Shown here in pieces: positions 44,101-58,500 of a stretch of 64,000 nucleotides of DNA. The notes under the pieces are model-generated. The model made no database searches. It was not told the origin of the DNA and saw only the letters and a list, made by a program, of their open reading frames with translations. Position numbers and translations under genes: made by a program. Positions within the stretch are counted from its first letter, which is position 1. Every line of letters starts with the position of its first letter. Source of the stretch: Thalia democratica (lineage: Eukaryota); NCBI GenBank assembly GCA_965202585.1, contig OZ241827.1, positions 57,970,001-58,034,000 of the forward strand, read 5' to 3'.

Positions 44101-47100
44101 CTTTTATCGATAACCGAAAGTTTTTTTTTCGTACATCAAGTCCTTGGACCAAATTTTTGAGCGCTTTTTTCTCGTTTAATAAAGAATACTCTTAATTTAT
44201 TAAAAATATTCTAGATAAACTTCTTAATGGACAACAAGTGTTAAGTTTTTTTTTTGCCAAGGATAAAAGTTAATTAAGCTGTTGATGTTTTATTAAGTTA
44301 AGGTTAATAAAAACTATAACACAGCTTAAATTAAGCTCTTACAAAATATATAAAGAAACAATTCAAAAAGCTTTAATAGACACATTTTTAACACATTCCT
44401 TACTCAGCTGAAAAGAAAAGTTTTCAGAAAAGTGTTAGCAATGCAAAGTGATTCCAAATAATCAAACTAGCTACTAGGCAGAGTTATCTCTACAATTGTA
44501 TGAAATTAGAAACAAGCCAGACAGGCCACATGAAAAAGGCTCAGCTGCGCAGCCAATAACAAGCAGGCAGAGCTGCCTGTCAAGTAACAATATAGTGGAC
44601 TCTTTGTTCTGCTATTTCGCCGAATAGCCGGTGCCTGTGACTGACGTTTGATTCCGAGATAATTGTGTTGAATGTCGAGTGTGTTGAGAAACTATAAAGA
44701 CGACGCAAGCGGACGTCAAATACAAAGCAACATTGTTTTGAGTACCAGAGGTCAGCCAGGGTGCAAGGCGACGCCGAATGTTTTTATCGAGGGCTTCGCT
44801 CTCAGAGAACGGCTTAATTTGCTTGCTACATAAACACAAAAGTGCTACTGTTCGCAGCGGATTACCGTTGTGATACGAGGATAACCATCAGAAAACTTAC
44901 TAAACCCAAATCGAGCTCGAGCTCAAAACAAGATAAAAGCTGTCGAGTATTAAACAAACACCTCACAGCAGCGGTGGCCACCTCATACAAAGTGAACGAT
45001 CAAACGTGCAAAAGCAACGCCAAGCAAACTTTCAGCAGCAGAGAAAACTTTCGCTTTCTCTTTTCAATGTGTGTGTAAACGATGCCTGCCCGAAAGAATG
45101 CTTGCAAAATAATCGATTAAAGTTGAACTTGAAGCTACTTGCTCGCCTCATGTAATCCCGCTGTATATATATTTATGTGTTAGGTGTGACTTTTATTAAC
45201 GCAAATCGGTGGACTTGGCCTCGTTTTACGTTATTCATCTAGCGCTACGAAATTCGCATGGACTTTAATTGACCCTTTTTCCAATTTTTAGCTATTCTTA
45301 AGCTGAATTATTCAATTTGTTCTGATAAATTTAGATAGTAATTTAAAGTAGAAAACATATTGTTAAAAATTACAAGTTATAAAAATAGTTTATGAATTTT
45401 ATAAAGCATTTCTTTTTTTGAAGCCTAAAAATAACAATTTAAGTTGAAACTTTTGTCTCATATGTCTAAAAAACACAAAAAAACACACAAAGCAATAAAG
45501 TTCAAGTACAGTTTTAACATTATGGCATACGTGCGTAATCAATTCTAATGTAAATATTTACCAAAAGTAATCAATACAAAAGGGTGAAAATAAACGCTGT
45601 AAAAGTTTGATAAGTCATTCAACATTGGCGGAGAGTTTAAGAGACGGCAGTTTACATTAGTGCGTATTTTTTGTATATATTTTTGTTAAGTAACGGTGCA
45701 ATGTAAGTTGTTGCGACGGCTGTGCAAGCAATTTGGTTGCCATAAAAAGCGCTGAACAAAGTCTGCGGTGTTTTGTTTTGCATTCAAACGTGCGTATTTT
45801 GCATTGAATGAACAACTTTTATTTTGGTGTTTATTCTCAGTAAAAAAGCAACAAGAAACATTTGTGCTTTCTTTCAACCGTATTGTACTAAAAATCGAAC
45901 ACAAACTCTCAGCTACTTAATGTTATAAAACTTGGGAAAAGTTCCACGTGAATTAGTAATGAAGCACTTACCAACAGCAAGAGGAGGCAATAGCAGCAGT
46001 GATGTGTTTTCGTGTGAATACTCGCAACCCGAGTCATTCCAATTTATCAACTCAACTCTTGATGTTTTCGTCTCTTTGTGTTTTTTCCACCGCACAAACT
46101 TTATTCTAAGCAAAATTGTTTCAGCTTTCAGTTTAGATCGCTGTTAATCTCTTTTATTTCAAAAGTTTAAATGACTACACGGCGTCTGAAAAATTAATAG
46201 TTGAACGGTTAATCTGTTAAATCGCGTGTGTTTATTACGGGCTATTTGGGACGCGAAGGCAATTATAAACAATGATGAAAATTTTATTGTCCAATAAAAA
46301 ACACTGCGGTGACCCGTGTTGCGGTCATAAAACATAAAATTAATATTTTAATTTGTTTTTATTGCATTGTAAACCTTGAAATAATGTTTGCAACTAAAAT
46401 AACAAAAAACAGAGTGTGAAGAAATATTTCTTGAAAAATATAACCGTTATCACGAACCGTATTTATTTAACCTTATTTTTATTTAGCATATAAATAAAGT
46501 ATAGCAATAAAATTATTAAAAAAACATTGTTGAATTTACAGAAGTTTAAAAACAAAAAGTAAATAAATAAACTCACAAAGTAAGTCTGCAATAACTTTTA
46601 TTGATTTTCAAACAAAACAAATCTTAGCAACTGAGCTGTAAAACTTTTAGCTGCAATTCAAAACGTGATCTTAAATTAATCTGTTAAACAACTACTGTAA
46701 ACAAAATCTAATAAAACAAAGCTCTGCATAAACAACCAAAGTGTTCTATTTAAAAACCACTTCAAACTTCACCTCAAGCAATGACTCTTAAACAGCTCAC
46801 ACACGTTAACAGATCTTATTAAAACTAATAAGCCTGCAGGTTGTCATACATTGCAGGCAATTAAGCGCTCGTTTAATTAAAATACAAAGTATAAACGCAC
46901 TACTACAACTAAGTGCTATACGGATAGCTTAATAACATCTCGAGCTGCTAAGCGCGTTTCTTTTACTTTGTTTGAAAATTTCTCTCGTTTTATTTTTAGC
47001 CGAGCAGCGTTCTCTCGTTTTAGATTTGAGCTGACCGAAGCTCAGTGTGTTTAATATATATTTAGCGAAAAATGTATTTCTTTCAGTGCTAAGTAACTGC

Positions 47101-50100
47101 TTGTTACTTTTTTGGCGTGACCACTTTATTTTATAGCGGCTTTTGTACCTTTTAAGTTGACTGTAAACAAAAATGCAAGTCGTTTTGCTATCGCTGTATC
47201 TTTACGTATCAAAAACAAACAACAGAGATTGACTTTCGTTTCAGAAAGTTATCATAGTTTTTTTGGCTAAACAAGTACTGAAAAAAGTGTTTGAATATTT
47301 TAAATTTTTGAGTAAACAAAGTTTTTGCATTCAATCGTTTCTTTAAACTGAAACCACACAAACATTGAATGAAAAAAAAGATGTTTATTGCTACATTCCG
47401 ATATTTTATCTATGATTTCTTTTAAAAGTACAATACACGTTTAAACTCACAAAACTTGAACTATAAAACGATGTTTAGAGAGTTACTAGAACTAAATATC
47501 TACTTCAAAAGCTTAATGACTTACAAAAAAAATAAAGCAATGTTTATTTGTTGTTGCAAATAAAAGTAAACTTTTAACTAATTGCTTTGATTGAAAGAGT
47601 ATATGCGCGTTGTAAAAATAAAATGCAATTTTTTTTAATCTCCTTTAATTGAACAATCAGTTTTGGTTTAAAAGCATTTTCATGTCTGCTTGTTTATCAA
47701 TGATTGTAATAAACAAGCAAACAAACTATACTCAAAATTTTATATTTAATACATTTTTTTACTTCCTCATTGCATAAACTTCAAAATAATTAGCACGCTT
47801 TTAAGATTTCAACAGACACAATTAAAATTTTATTTCCATATAAAGCGGTATTGATTGAAAATTTAGAAACAAAAGAAGGTTTCTATTCCAGACCAGGTTC
47901 ACAAAACACCGAAATTATTAATTAAAAGTTTCAGACTGGAAAAATCATTTTAATGTGTCTGTAACGCGTTTGATGTTTCGCTGAATCGACGGCATGAAGT
48001 TGACCTTATCACCAGCCTGTTCGACTAATTACCGTTGAAATCCTCTCGAAATGTAATCGCGGATTAGCGACTTTCCGCAGAAATCATTCAGATTCACAAT
48101 AACAACAGCATATTTAGAGAATTACTGTCTAGGCAACAAAAATTGAAACAATGGCCTCGTTTAGTCGCCAATCTTAATAAACTGAAAACCTCGGCAACCG
48201 CCATGGTGAAAAATAGCAGACTGCCGCAACACCTGCAAAAAAAAGAAGTCTGTTTGTCGAAACAACAAAAATTTAATCGCGGCACGTGCTGCTCATGAAT
48301 GGGGGTTTCCCCGACCAAAAACCGTTACTTTTGCCACCATCGGGGTGTCAGTCGCGCTAACGAGGCCTCTAATTGGGTGGAAGCGGTGTGGAAGTTTGTA
48401 GGAATTAATTTCTAACTTGATTTGCAGCTCGTAATGACCTTCTACAGTTTCACATTCAGACGTCTGAATTCTCAATATGCAAAGTTTCGTGTGAATCAGC
48501 TTCATAAGTTTTGAATAAAACGCTATAATAATTTTTCTTAAATCAAAAACTTTGGATTTTCAAGACATCTTCTTCTAGCTTTTAGCGTTTTGTATTATCA
48601 AGGAGACACTTGGAATTAGTGAATAATATTTAGGTACAGCATTATAAAACATTGTATAAACTAAAATGTATAAACAGCCTAAAGATAAAAAGCTATTATT
48701 AGCATTTATAAGAACATCAGGCTTTTATCATTTCGCATAAAATTACTTATCTATATATAGAGTATACCAGTAAATAGTTACATGCCTATATATAGTAAAT
48801 AAACCATGCTAACTGTCAGTTTATGTATGCATAGACTAAGTTCTTTTTATCAAGTGTATTAAACCGCTAATTAGCTAATTGTATTATAAAAACTTTATTT
48901 TAAGCTAGTCTAGTGAGCATTTATATTTTGGTTTTAATTAATTTTAGAATATAAAAATGTAATATGCAATTAAATAAAATAAAAGTTGAACTTGTTAAAA
49001 CTTCCTTTTTTAAAAAGAAAAAAATATATATTGAACATATTATAATTAATGACAACTTTCCTATAATTTAATGCTTAACAGTCTAATTGAGTGAAACTTT
49101 GAATTGTAATTAAATTAAATCAATACTTTAATTTTACTAGTATTTAATTTTTGTTTATTTTTTTCCTTCATAATTATATAAAATTTTCTGTGGCGAAATA
49201 ACAAATAAACTTTTTTTGATTAATTAAAATTAAGGTGAAAACAACTTAAAATTTTAATATAGTCCAAAAGTTAATATGATTTAATCGAATTTACAAAAAA
49301 GAACTTTGCGGTCATTCAATTTTTTCACATTCACTCAAAGAAGTGTGTGGAATTTTAGAAGCACATGTTGACAAATAAAACTAAATTTCATTAACACAAC
49401 ACTTGTTTGCACAATTCAAAATAAAATTAGCAGTGATATAACTGTCGATTTTATTTATTTAACTTTATGCCATTAAGTAAATAGTTCGAAGGCTGATACG
49501 TTTTAACAAGACTATTTTCAATTAAGTTTATTTATTTGCACAATAAAAAGCTATGTATAGATTTGAAAGCTGTAAATTTTATATTGTAAAAGTTTATCTA
49601 CAGTTGTTTTTGCGTTCAACAATGGCTTACTTGTTCGAAAATTTTTTATATGTACATGTCAAAAATAAATCAGAATTGTCGGTGCTTCATAATGATCATT
49701 AAATTATGAACGAAACCTAACGTAAACAACATAATTTAATTTGTTTATTCTAGCAAATTATCCGAACTCGATCACTTAAGTACGAGCGGTTTTAGCCTTT
49801 AATTTATTCAACATGTCAAACAAAGTTTTTTGAGCAATCTTGATGTGTTTAATGATACTTGAAGATGTTTACAGTACTTTAATTAGCTGTCCGCACGCTA
49901 AAGTAAACGTGCAAGTTTATAAGTTTAAAAAACACTGATTTAAAACACATTGTCAAAGGGAAACCAACGATTTTCAGAGAAATCAGAAACCACTAAAACA
50001 GCTGAATTTTCATACTTTTTTTTAATTTCTATAGGAAAGTGATTTTCAGCACTGCCAGCGCTATTTCGGGTATTATCTGGAATAATTGCTTGATTTAATC

Positions 50101-52330
50101 TAAAGATAAGGAAAGCGCCTCGTGATTTGAACGTACGAAATATTTGTCACACATTCGTGCCTTTAAATGGCTTAAAATTATAGGGTTTAAGACAATGATC
50201 TTAATAAAGAAGTTTGGCCTTCTTATTGCCAGGCAGATAACTTGCTCTTAAAATAATTTACATAGAAATCAAACGCGTTGTTTATTTAACTTTTACGGTG
50301 TTGTTGTCGAAAAAAGTTTTAAAATGTTGAAAATGTTGTATAACTTTTATAGTAAGTTTGCTTTGAACAATACTAGTTTAATGTGAGCTTTTAAAGCTGC
50401 TAAAAATAGAACTTAATGAGTTTTTATAAAAAGTAATGGAAATAACTTTTGCTATGTTGAAAAGTATATAGAAGTAGGAAAACAACAGCTTTAATCTTGT
50501 TTAAACTATACTAGCTAGTATTATAATTTGTGTACATGTTTATTTTGTTACTAAAAAATTTTTTTTTACTACTACAAATGCTGTTTAAATTTTAAATATA
50601 TAACCATAAGTAGTGAAAAAAGTAAAGTATTTCTACAGAAATCAAAAACTGAAATTGGTTTTCAGTTTATTCTATGCATTTTGTTTTTAGTAGCAGTAAT
50701 TGATTAAATAAAAACAAAACATACACTATCTTAAGATCGTTTTTATGATATATCCAAACTGCTACTAAGTTGTAAAGCATAGAAATACTGAAGATTTTGT
50801 TCTAGAAAATAATAAAAACTTTAATAATTTAAAACTTCAAGCTAATAAACTATTCTCATAGTAAAAAGATTAAAACAATTAAAAACTTTCTTAAAACTTG
50901 TCTTTAAAAACAATACAAATATTGTGATTAAAATTGCCAGTATTACAATATGATTTGAAATTTATATAAAGAATACAAATATTTTATAGTTCACATGAGC
51001 TTTTATTTTTTAAACAAACTTGAGTTTTTAAGGTAATTACGTGACAAACAAATGTACTGTCGTTGTTGATTAGCTATAAATAAGATTTTAAATACATTTG
51101 TTTATTTATAGATTAAAGTGTTGTTTACAACCTATCAATTCAGAATGAAAGTAATTGTTATTGCTTATTAGTTTGATAACAACAACATTTAAAGAAAAAT
51201 TTGTTTAAAAAGTAATATAAATCGCTTCAATCTAATTTGTGCTAAATAAAGCTTTGTATTAGACTGTTTGTCTTTAGATTATAGAATGTAATAAAATAAG
51301 TTTATCTGCTTAAATGTAACTAAAGTAATTTTACTGTAAAACTTTGTATAAAGATTTTTGATTTGAGTGAGACTAAATTTTTAATATTTTTATTGTTTTA
51401 TGCTTGCCGTTATCCTAATTAACAGGTTTTGAACAAATCTATTCTTATTTAAAAGAAGAACTTACAATTTTCTTTTTCAACTTATATTTATTTAACAGTT
51501 TGAATTTTTACAAGCTCAATTTAAGAAACATACTTATTGGTTAATCAAGCAAGTTTTAAGTTGTGCTGTACCAACAAAAGAACTGTGTAAGAAATTTTTA
51601 AAATTTTGCAAAAAAAAAACAATTTTTATCGACTAACAAACAAACAAAACTTTCGTTTTTGAAAGACCTTAACAATAAAAAAAGTTTTATTTATTTTTAT
51701 CAAGAATCTTTACAATAAGTTTTGAAAATGGAAAACTTTTGTTAAAATTAAATTATTATTAAATGTTATGTAGTATGTTATGTTATATACATTTGTAGCC
51801 AAACAACAGTTTACCAAGTGTTTTATTTAAAAATCTTAGTTTAAATAAAATTAAGTTTATGTTTTAAAACTGCAATGTTTTAAAACAAAAAGTAGAAGTT
51901 TTTTTTAACTACTACTGTATTTAAAGTTTACAATAACTTTGTAGAAAATACTACAATGAATGGTTTTAATACAACACTGTTTTTGTATATTATGTAAAGC
52001 TGTTGTGAAATTTGAAACTGTTTTTTCAAAAAATCTTAAATGATATAGAAAGTTATTTGTTTGAAAAAATCTAAGCAACAAGAAAAGTGTTTTTAACATT
52101 ATAAAAAATCTTATAAGTAATAGGTACTGTAAAACAAAAATTTAAACACAAGAAACAATGAACAAAACAAATAGTGTCAGATAACGGAAGTTAAAACGTT
52201 ACTCTTTAAGGCTTTGAAATCAGAATGCAAATAAGTTTCAGGAATTTTATTGTATCGTTTCTTTATTTGATAATTTTTAAATCGTTATAATAAACAATTT
52301 TACAGTAATTAATACTATCGGTTAGTACTT

Positions 52331-53680
52331 TTATTATTATTAAGTTTATTGTCCAACGAAGGACCTAGGCATTAAAACCTAAGCCACTTAAACTGAAAGA
52401 CATTAACATAAAAAGAAAAAAAAAAAAAATTACAGTGATTAAATAAACATAAACATAAAACTTATACAAGACACAAACTGAATAAATTAAAACTTTCACA
52501 ACCAAAATATTCAACGATTCCAAAGTCATTAATCTCCAATTATACATTACAAAGCAACAAATCCCTGTAACAAGCATCTCCTGTCAAAATTCTTCAGAAC
52601 CTGTCTTCATCTTGCAGAACATTGATCTCAGCTACTATTTGCCATTCGTCATGTTTTCAAAGTTTCACCACGGCAAATTCAGTCAAAAATAACTTCAAAA
52701 ATGTGGCAGCAACAATTCACAAATCTAGCTTAGGAATCAACTGAGTATCCAATAATTTCAAAATCTAAAGCCCCAAGCACATTAACAATAGACCTTCCAA
52801 AAATCAAAATTGAAAAGTACCTAAAACCTACAAGGGGAAGGTGTAGCTTACAGATAAACTACCAATAAACTACATACCACACACCAAATCAATGGCTAAA
52901 GAGATGAATAAAACTAATTACTTATAAATTTTACTGGTAAATATTTTATTTAAATCAAATCTTTTTAAGTTTAATCGAAAATGTTTAAGATTTTTGCACG
53001 ATACTAGTTCATTTGGAAGTTTGTTCCACATTTTTACCGAATTATAGAAAAAAGATTTGTACCAACCAACATAGTTGAAATTATATTTGCATGTATATTT
53101 TCTATTATTACCTCTGAGTGAGTAATTATTTTTATAAGGTTTAAAGAAAGTTTGAGAATCAATATTAGTTTCATTGTTAATCAGTTTAAAAAAGTAATGA
53201 GATCAAATTAAAGTCTTCTGTACTGTAAAGTTTTTATATTAAGCTTTATTAGTCTGTCTATGTAAGACGTATATGAAATGTTGCACCGATTAAAGATTAA
53301 TCTCGTAAATTTTCTTTGAATAGATTCTAGTTGGTTGGTGTCTTTTATAGAATATGGAGACCATAAAGGTGTGTTGTATTCCATCTTAGGACGGTTGTAA
53401 ACTAGATACAGTTTTTTAAGAATTACCAAATCCGTAGATATAACGCTTTTTAGAATTTGAAAAGATAAAATTGATGCAGTACGGTAAATATAGTTAATGT
53501 GATGGTTCCATTTTAAATTATATGATATAAAAATTCCAAGGTCTTTAAATACTTCAGTTTTAGGTAAGATTGCATTGTTTATTTTAAAATCAAACGTTGG
53601 AATAGGTGTACTTTTGCGAATATTCAAAACATGACATTTGCTGGGATTTAGGTTTAATCTCCTTTCTTTTAACAATTTTT
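52331..53680 (-). mobile_element. 5'-truncated, decayed CR1/L2-type LINE (RT C-terminal/thumb region plus 3' tail)
   Basis: NPSKC…KDLGI…LKWNHHI…RPKMEY…WSP…LESIQRKFTR…RRL*FDLI, then frameshifted …MWNKLPNE…; AATAAA plus (TAA)4 at 52331-52350. Confidence 0.85.
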
Positions 53681-54970
53681 TTGTTAAATTAAAAAAGGCT
53701 ATTCTTCAAACTAACTTACAAAGTATTTTTTCTTACTGTCATAAGCAGCCCAAGCACATAAGTAAACTGTACCCTGAATTATGAAACTTTACAGTACATT
53801 ATTCAAAACAATTATTTAATCGATAACTAATAGTGTTTAGACTCCTTAAACACTAATACACTAAAATTAGTATTAAAAATAAACATTAGTCACCTAAAAG
53901 CTTATTGTAAGCTTATTGCGAGGTAAATTTTGAAAACTTTAACATAAAACAAGTTTGTTTACACGAATATTTTGCTTTTCAATTTAAAAAGAACAATTCT
54001 AAAAATATTAGTTTTAGGTTTAGAGGTAAATTTTTGTAAAACTTTTGATATGAAACAAATGTACTTACTTAGGGTTTCACTAAAAGGTGACATGGTCCAT
54101 TTTAGATAGTTTTAACACGTAAATAGAAAAATATGGAGAAATTTTTATTTTATAGGGAATAGCGAGCAATACTTACGTTTGTTTTATCAAAACACTATAC
54201 ACTTTAGTTTGATAAGAAATTAAAAAACTTATTTAGAATTATTAAATGTTCAAACTGTCGTAGTGAACACTTGATAAATTTATTTAAAAAGCGAATGTTG
54301 TGGAGTGTTTTGCGCAGATAATTGTTTACGTGCTTCTAGTATTAAAAAAACAAACATATTTTTATAAAAAAACAAACATATTTTTATATAAGGAGTAAAC
54401 TTCGTTTGAATTAGGATAAAATCAGCGCGTTTTCTTAAAAAAGGCAGTTCTAAAAACCATCCGTCACTAAACATTGTTAAACTGTGGGAAGTAACGTCGT
54501 AGAGAATCTATCACTCAAGATATTAAATCAATAGTTGCTATCGACGCACAAGGGACTAAGAGTTCGGAAATTCACTACGATTGTTGGGCGATAGTTAGTA
54601 TAAATTCGAAGAAACTGTTAGTCTTTTGACTATTGTATTATTTTTTAATCACGTGTTGTAGTTTTTGCATGCACTTATTTCTCTTATAATTTTGTAAATA
54701 AATTTCACAACTAAAAAAGAAAAATATTTTAGCTTAAACCTACTTTATTAAAATCATATATGTCGAAACATCATAATAAGAATAAGGATAATTATAAACC
54801 GTTGTCTTTACAACAAATCACTACGCGCTCGAATAATAAGAAAATGGATACCAGGGCAGATACAGCAGCTCACAAAACTAATAATATAACTTATTAAAAA
54901 CCTTTACTGAAGTTCCTTTTTAAGTAAAAGTTACTGCAACTGTTAACGATTCACTCTATAGTATAAGAAT

Positions 54971-55583
54971 GGGAACGGGTCTAAATTGCACGAAGACAAA
55001 AATGCACGAGGTTACTAAATTGAACGAGAAAAAAATTGAACGAGTGCACAAAGATGCACGAAGCCAAATTTTCACGAGGGCACACAATTGCACGAAGGAA
55101 CAAAATTTCACGAAGACGATTTTGCACCAAGGGTCAATTTTTCACTTGTGAAGTTTTTCACGAGAGTAAAAAATACAGATAATAGAAAATAATAAAAATC
55201 AGTAAAAAAAAAAAAATTACTGACCGACGGTAAGGGCTAGGGGTAAAAAAAAAGTAACTAGGGATAGTAAAAAAAAGCTACTAATAAAATAGTTATGAAA
55301 AAAAAATTTTTTAAATAACTTACCGACCGAGGGTAAGGTTTAGGGATAACAGTGATAGTAAAAAAAAACTAAATTTAAAAAACATTAAAACTAATACAGA
55401 AACTAAAAATGTAAAAAAAATAACCCGTGCAAAAATTTCTCCGTCCGAAATTGTCTGCTCGTGCAAAAGTGACCCTTCGTGCAAAAGTATCTTCGTACAA
55501 TTTTATCTTCGTGTAATTTTGTGCCCTCGTGCAAATTAGTCTTCGTGCAATTTTGTACACTCGTGCAAATTTGACAGCTACCT
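54971..55583. mobile_element. Non-autonomous foldback/MULE-like DNA element with modular inverted arms
   Basis: Left arm of (A/T)TTGCACGA(A/G)G-type subrepeats and right arm of reverse-complement CGTGCAA repeats; flanking TATAAGAAT (54962-54970) and TATAAAAAT (55584-55592) form a 9-bp TSD with 1 mismatch. Confidence 0.8.
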
Positions 55584-58500
55584 TATAAAAATAAATACAA
55601 ATAACAACAATCGTAAACGGTTGTTAAATTACTACACTGCTGTAAACTTATATTAAAATTTAACTACTAATTTTTTACTATAGAAAATTGTTCTATAAGT
55701 ATGTATGCCTTATGTTTCAAAATTTTCAAAAAATGGTCTTTAATTTGAAAAAATAATAAGTTTTTTGTATAGATTATTTTTATGTCTCACCACTTATGCT
55801 AACCAGGTAGTGTAATATTAAACTTTTAAACCTTTTTACACTTCTTAAACTTTGTTAATTTGAACTTTTTTTAAGCTTTAAGATAAAATTTTAAATAAAA
55901 CTTATTGATAGGATAAACTCAAGTAAAGAAAAAGCAAATATTTATAATAAAATACCGTTCATAGCATTAAGAGAATATGCTAAAAATAAACTATTGACAC
56001 TACTGCTTTAGACATGAAATTGTACAATATTTTTCAGAGACTTACTTTTGAAAATGTTTTCTACAACAATATGGAACATAGATTAGTTTTTCATTTACAG
56101 TTAATATTTTCTTCGAAAATTATAACCATTAATTTAACCCCATGTAAAAATTTTCCCCTAAAGTTTTATTCTGAAACTACTGTTTCCATAACCAAACTTT
56201 TATCTTTAACTTAATATGTGTTATAATAGAAACTTTAATCAATACTTACCTTAAAAATATTATTAAATTTGTTTAGAGCGCAAAAGTTGTATACTAAAAA
56301 TACAGGACGACGAATACCTACTGTTGTTTAGATGTATCAATATTGAAAATTTCAATAATTGATTTAGTATACTTTATAGTCACTTTAAGGTTTAAACCTC
56401 AAAAATGTTTAGCGCTTTCAAATTTTAGACACAAGGGAACCCTCTTTTTTATTTGTTTCATCATTTTCTAAACAATACTTAATCAAAATACTTTAGTTTT
56501 ACAATTCGTTAGTAGGTTTCAAATGTTAAGAATACTTTTTATAGAAATGTTTCTACTAAGTAAAAACAACTTTTGAAAAACAAAACTAACAAACAGGTAT
56601 ATAACCAGTTTTAACTTAGTTTAAACTATGATTCTTATAGTATTTTACAAGAACAAACTAATTTCATATTTTCTTGTATAAACCCATTTAAAAAAAATAA
56701 ATTTTATAATGTTATGATTAAAAATTTCCTTCATACGTTTTATAATAGCTATATAATTTCAGATAAACTTTACTCTGTATTCAAATTTAAGGAAATATAA
56801 TGGTTTAGTACAGATATAGCGCAGCACTGATAACATTACAAATTTTCACAAATTACCTAATCGCTGAAAATTAAATGAATTATTAATCATAAACTTAAGC
56901 TTATTTTAAGATTCAAACATTATCATCTAAATTAATAAAAAAAAGGTAGGAATAACAGTTTATGTAAATGTATATAAGTTGTAAATTATATGAATTTGTA
57001 TCAATGTTATAAATAAAGTACAAAATTCATAGTTTTATAAAAACTGAATTATTTTTAAAACAAAAATTTTAACAAAATGTTGTTGTCTTTGATAATAAAT
57101 AAATATTTACTAAACAAACATTTCAAAATAGTTTAGTTTTTCCATTAGTAACTTCGTATATAACAAATAAGCAGCATTATCGTTCAAAAGAGTGTTAATG
57201 AAATGAAAAAAACTATAAAATAAGTTTCAAAAACTTTTTTTTTTCTCAATATATGTAGACCAGTTTAAGTTATTTAACTATTTGTGGATTTCAATAGCTG
57301 ATGATAGAAATTACCCTAAACTAGCTCTTAACTAGCTAGTTAGCTAATTCGAACCTGTAATCAAAAACAACTTGTTTGTCTCTACACTTTAAATGTAAAT
57401 ATTGTTTGGACTTACTAAAGATTTCATATACCTTTATAGACTTAAAATTAAGTAGTTGTTTTCACTGATATAAAACTTTTCATACTGGTTTTGTATATTA
57501 TTTTAATTTTTTTAACTCAATATTATAACTAAACTTCAAAGATGATATTTAAATACACTTTTAATAAATTGTTATCCGTTTAATTAATCAGGGGGAAAAA
57601 TCGTTTGAGAACCAGACAAAACAGCGATTAGTAGATAAGTTTGAAAAAAGCTGTACTAAATGTACAATGCAGTAAAATATTTTACTAGAAATACTTTAAA
57701 AGTACAAAGCAAATCAGCATACACTTTATCAATGGTTAACAACATCCTTATTTTAAACAATTAACAATGAAATCCTTCACACTTATGGTGTTTTATTATG
57801 AAACAAAAACATACGTTTATGTGTTTACACAAGTGTTTATGTACGAATCAAATGTGGGGATATTGTTTTTATTTGTACCAACGCGTAGCTTTTTCAACTA
57901 CATTTTATCAAATTGTAACGTTTTACTTTACAAAAAGTTTAGTTTTGCTGTTTTCAAAACAGATGAAACTTTTAAGTAAATAAGAAGTGACAGTTTTCAT
58001 AAATCTTTATGGAAGTACTTTAATCTCAATCATTATTTTACCAAAAAAAAAACTATTTAGTTTTTACAACTTATACGTTTATGCATTTCACTAATTAAAA
58101 ATATATTTTGATTTATTAGCACCAAAATTTCTATTTTTATTTTGCCAATATTTAAGATGACATATTCGAATAACTCAAACCTACATAATACAAATATTCT
58201 GAAGATATATAGATTTACATACAAATATGTTTACTTTTTTCTTAACCGATATTAAGTATTTAATTTATATATACAAATTATTAAATTTAAATAAACTTGA
58301 TTTATATTTATAATTTAAAATTCTTTAAAAGTATTTCTAATTAATTTTTGTGATAAAAGTTAAAAAAAAAACCAAACCATAGAATCACTAATCATGGTAA
58401 AACAGAAACTTTAATTTTTAAGTAATATTATCAAACAAATGTATAATCTTAAATTGTACCAAAACTAAAGCTAATGCAATCAACTTATTAAAAAAATCGA

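Noticed and set aside
54971-55583. CRISPR-like array suggested by recurring short repeats
   Set aside because: The context is eukaryotic, the units are degenerate and irregular, the orientation inverts midway, and a TSD is present: it is a transposon.
57335-57365. tRNA/SINE B-box (GGTTCGAATT on minus)
   Set aside because: There is no A-box or cloverleaf.
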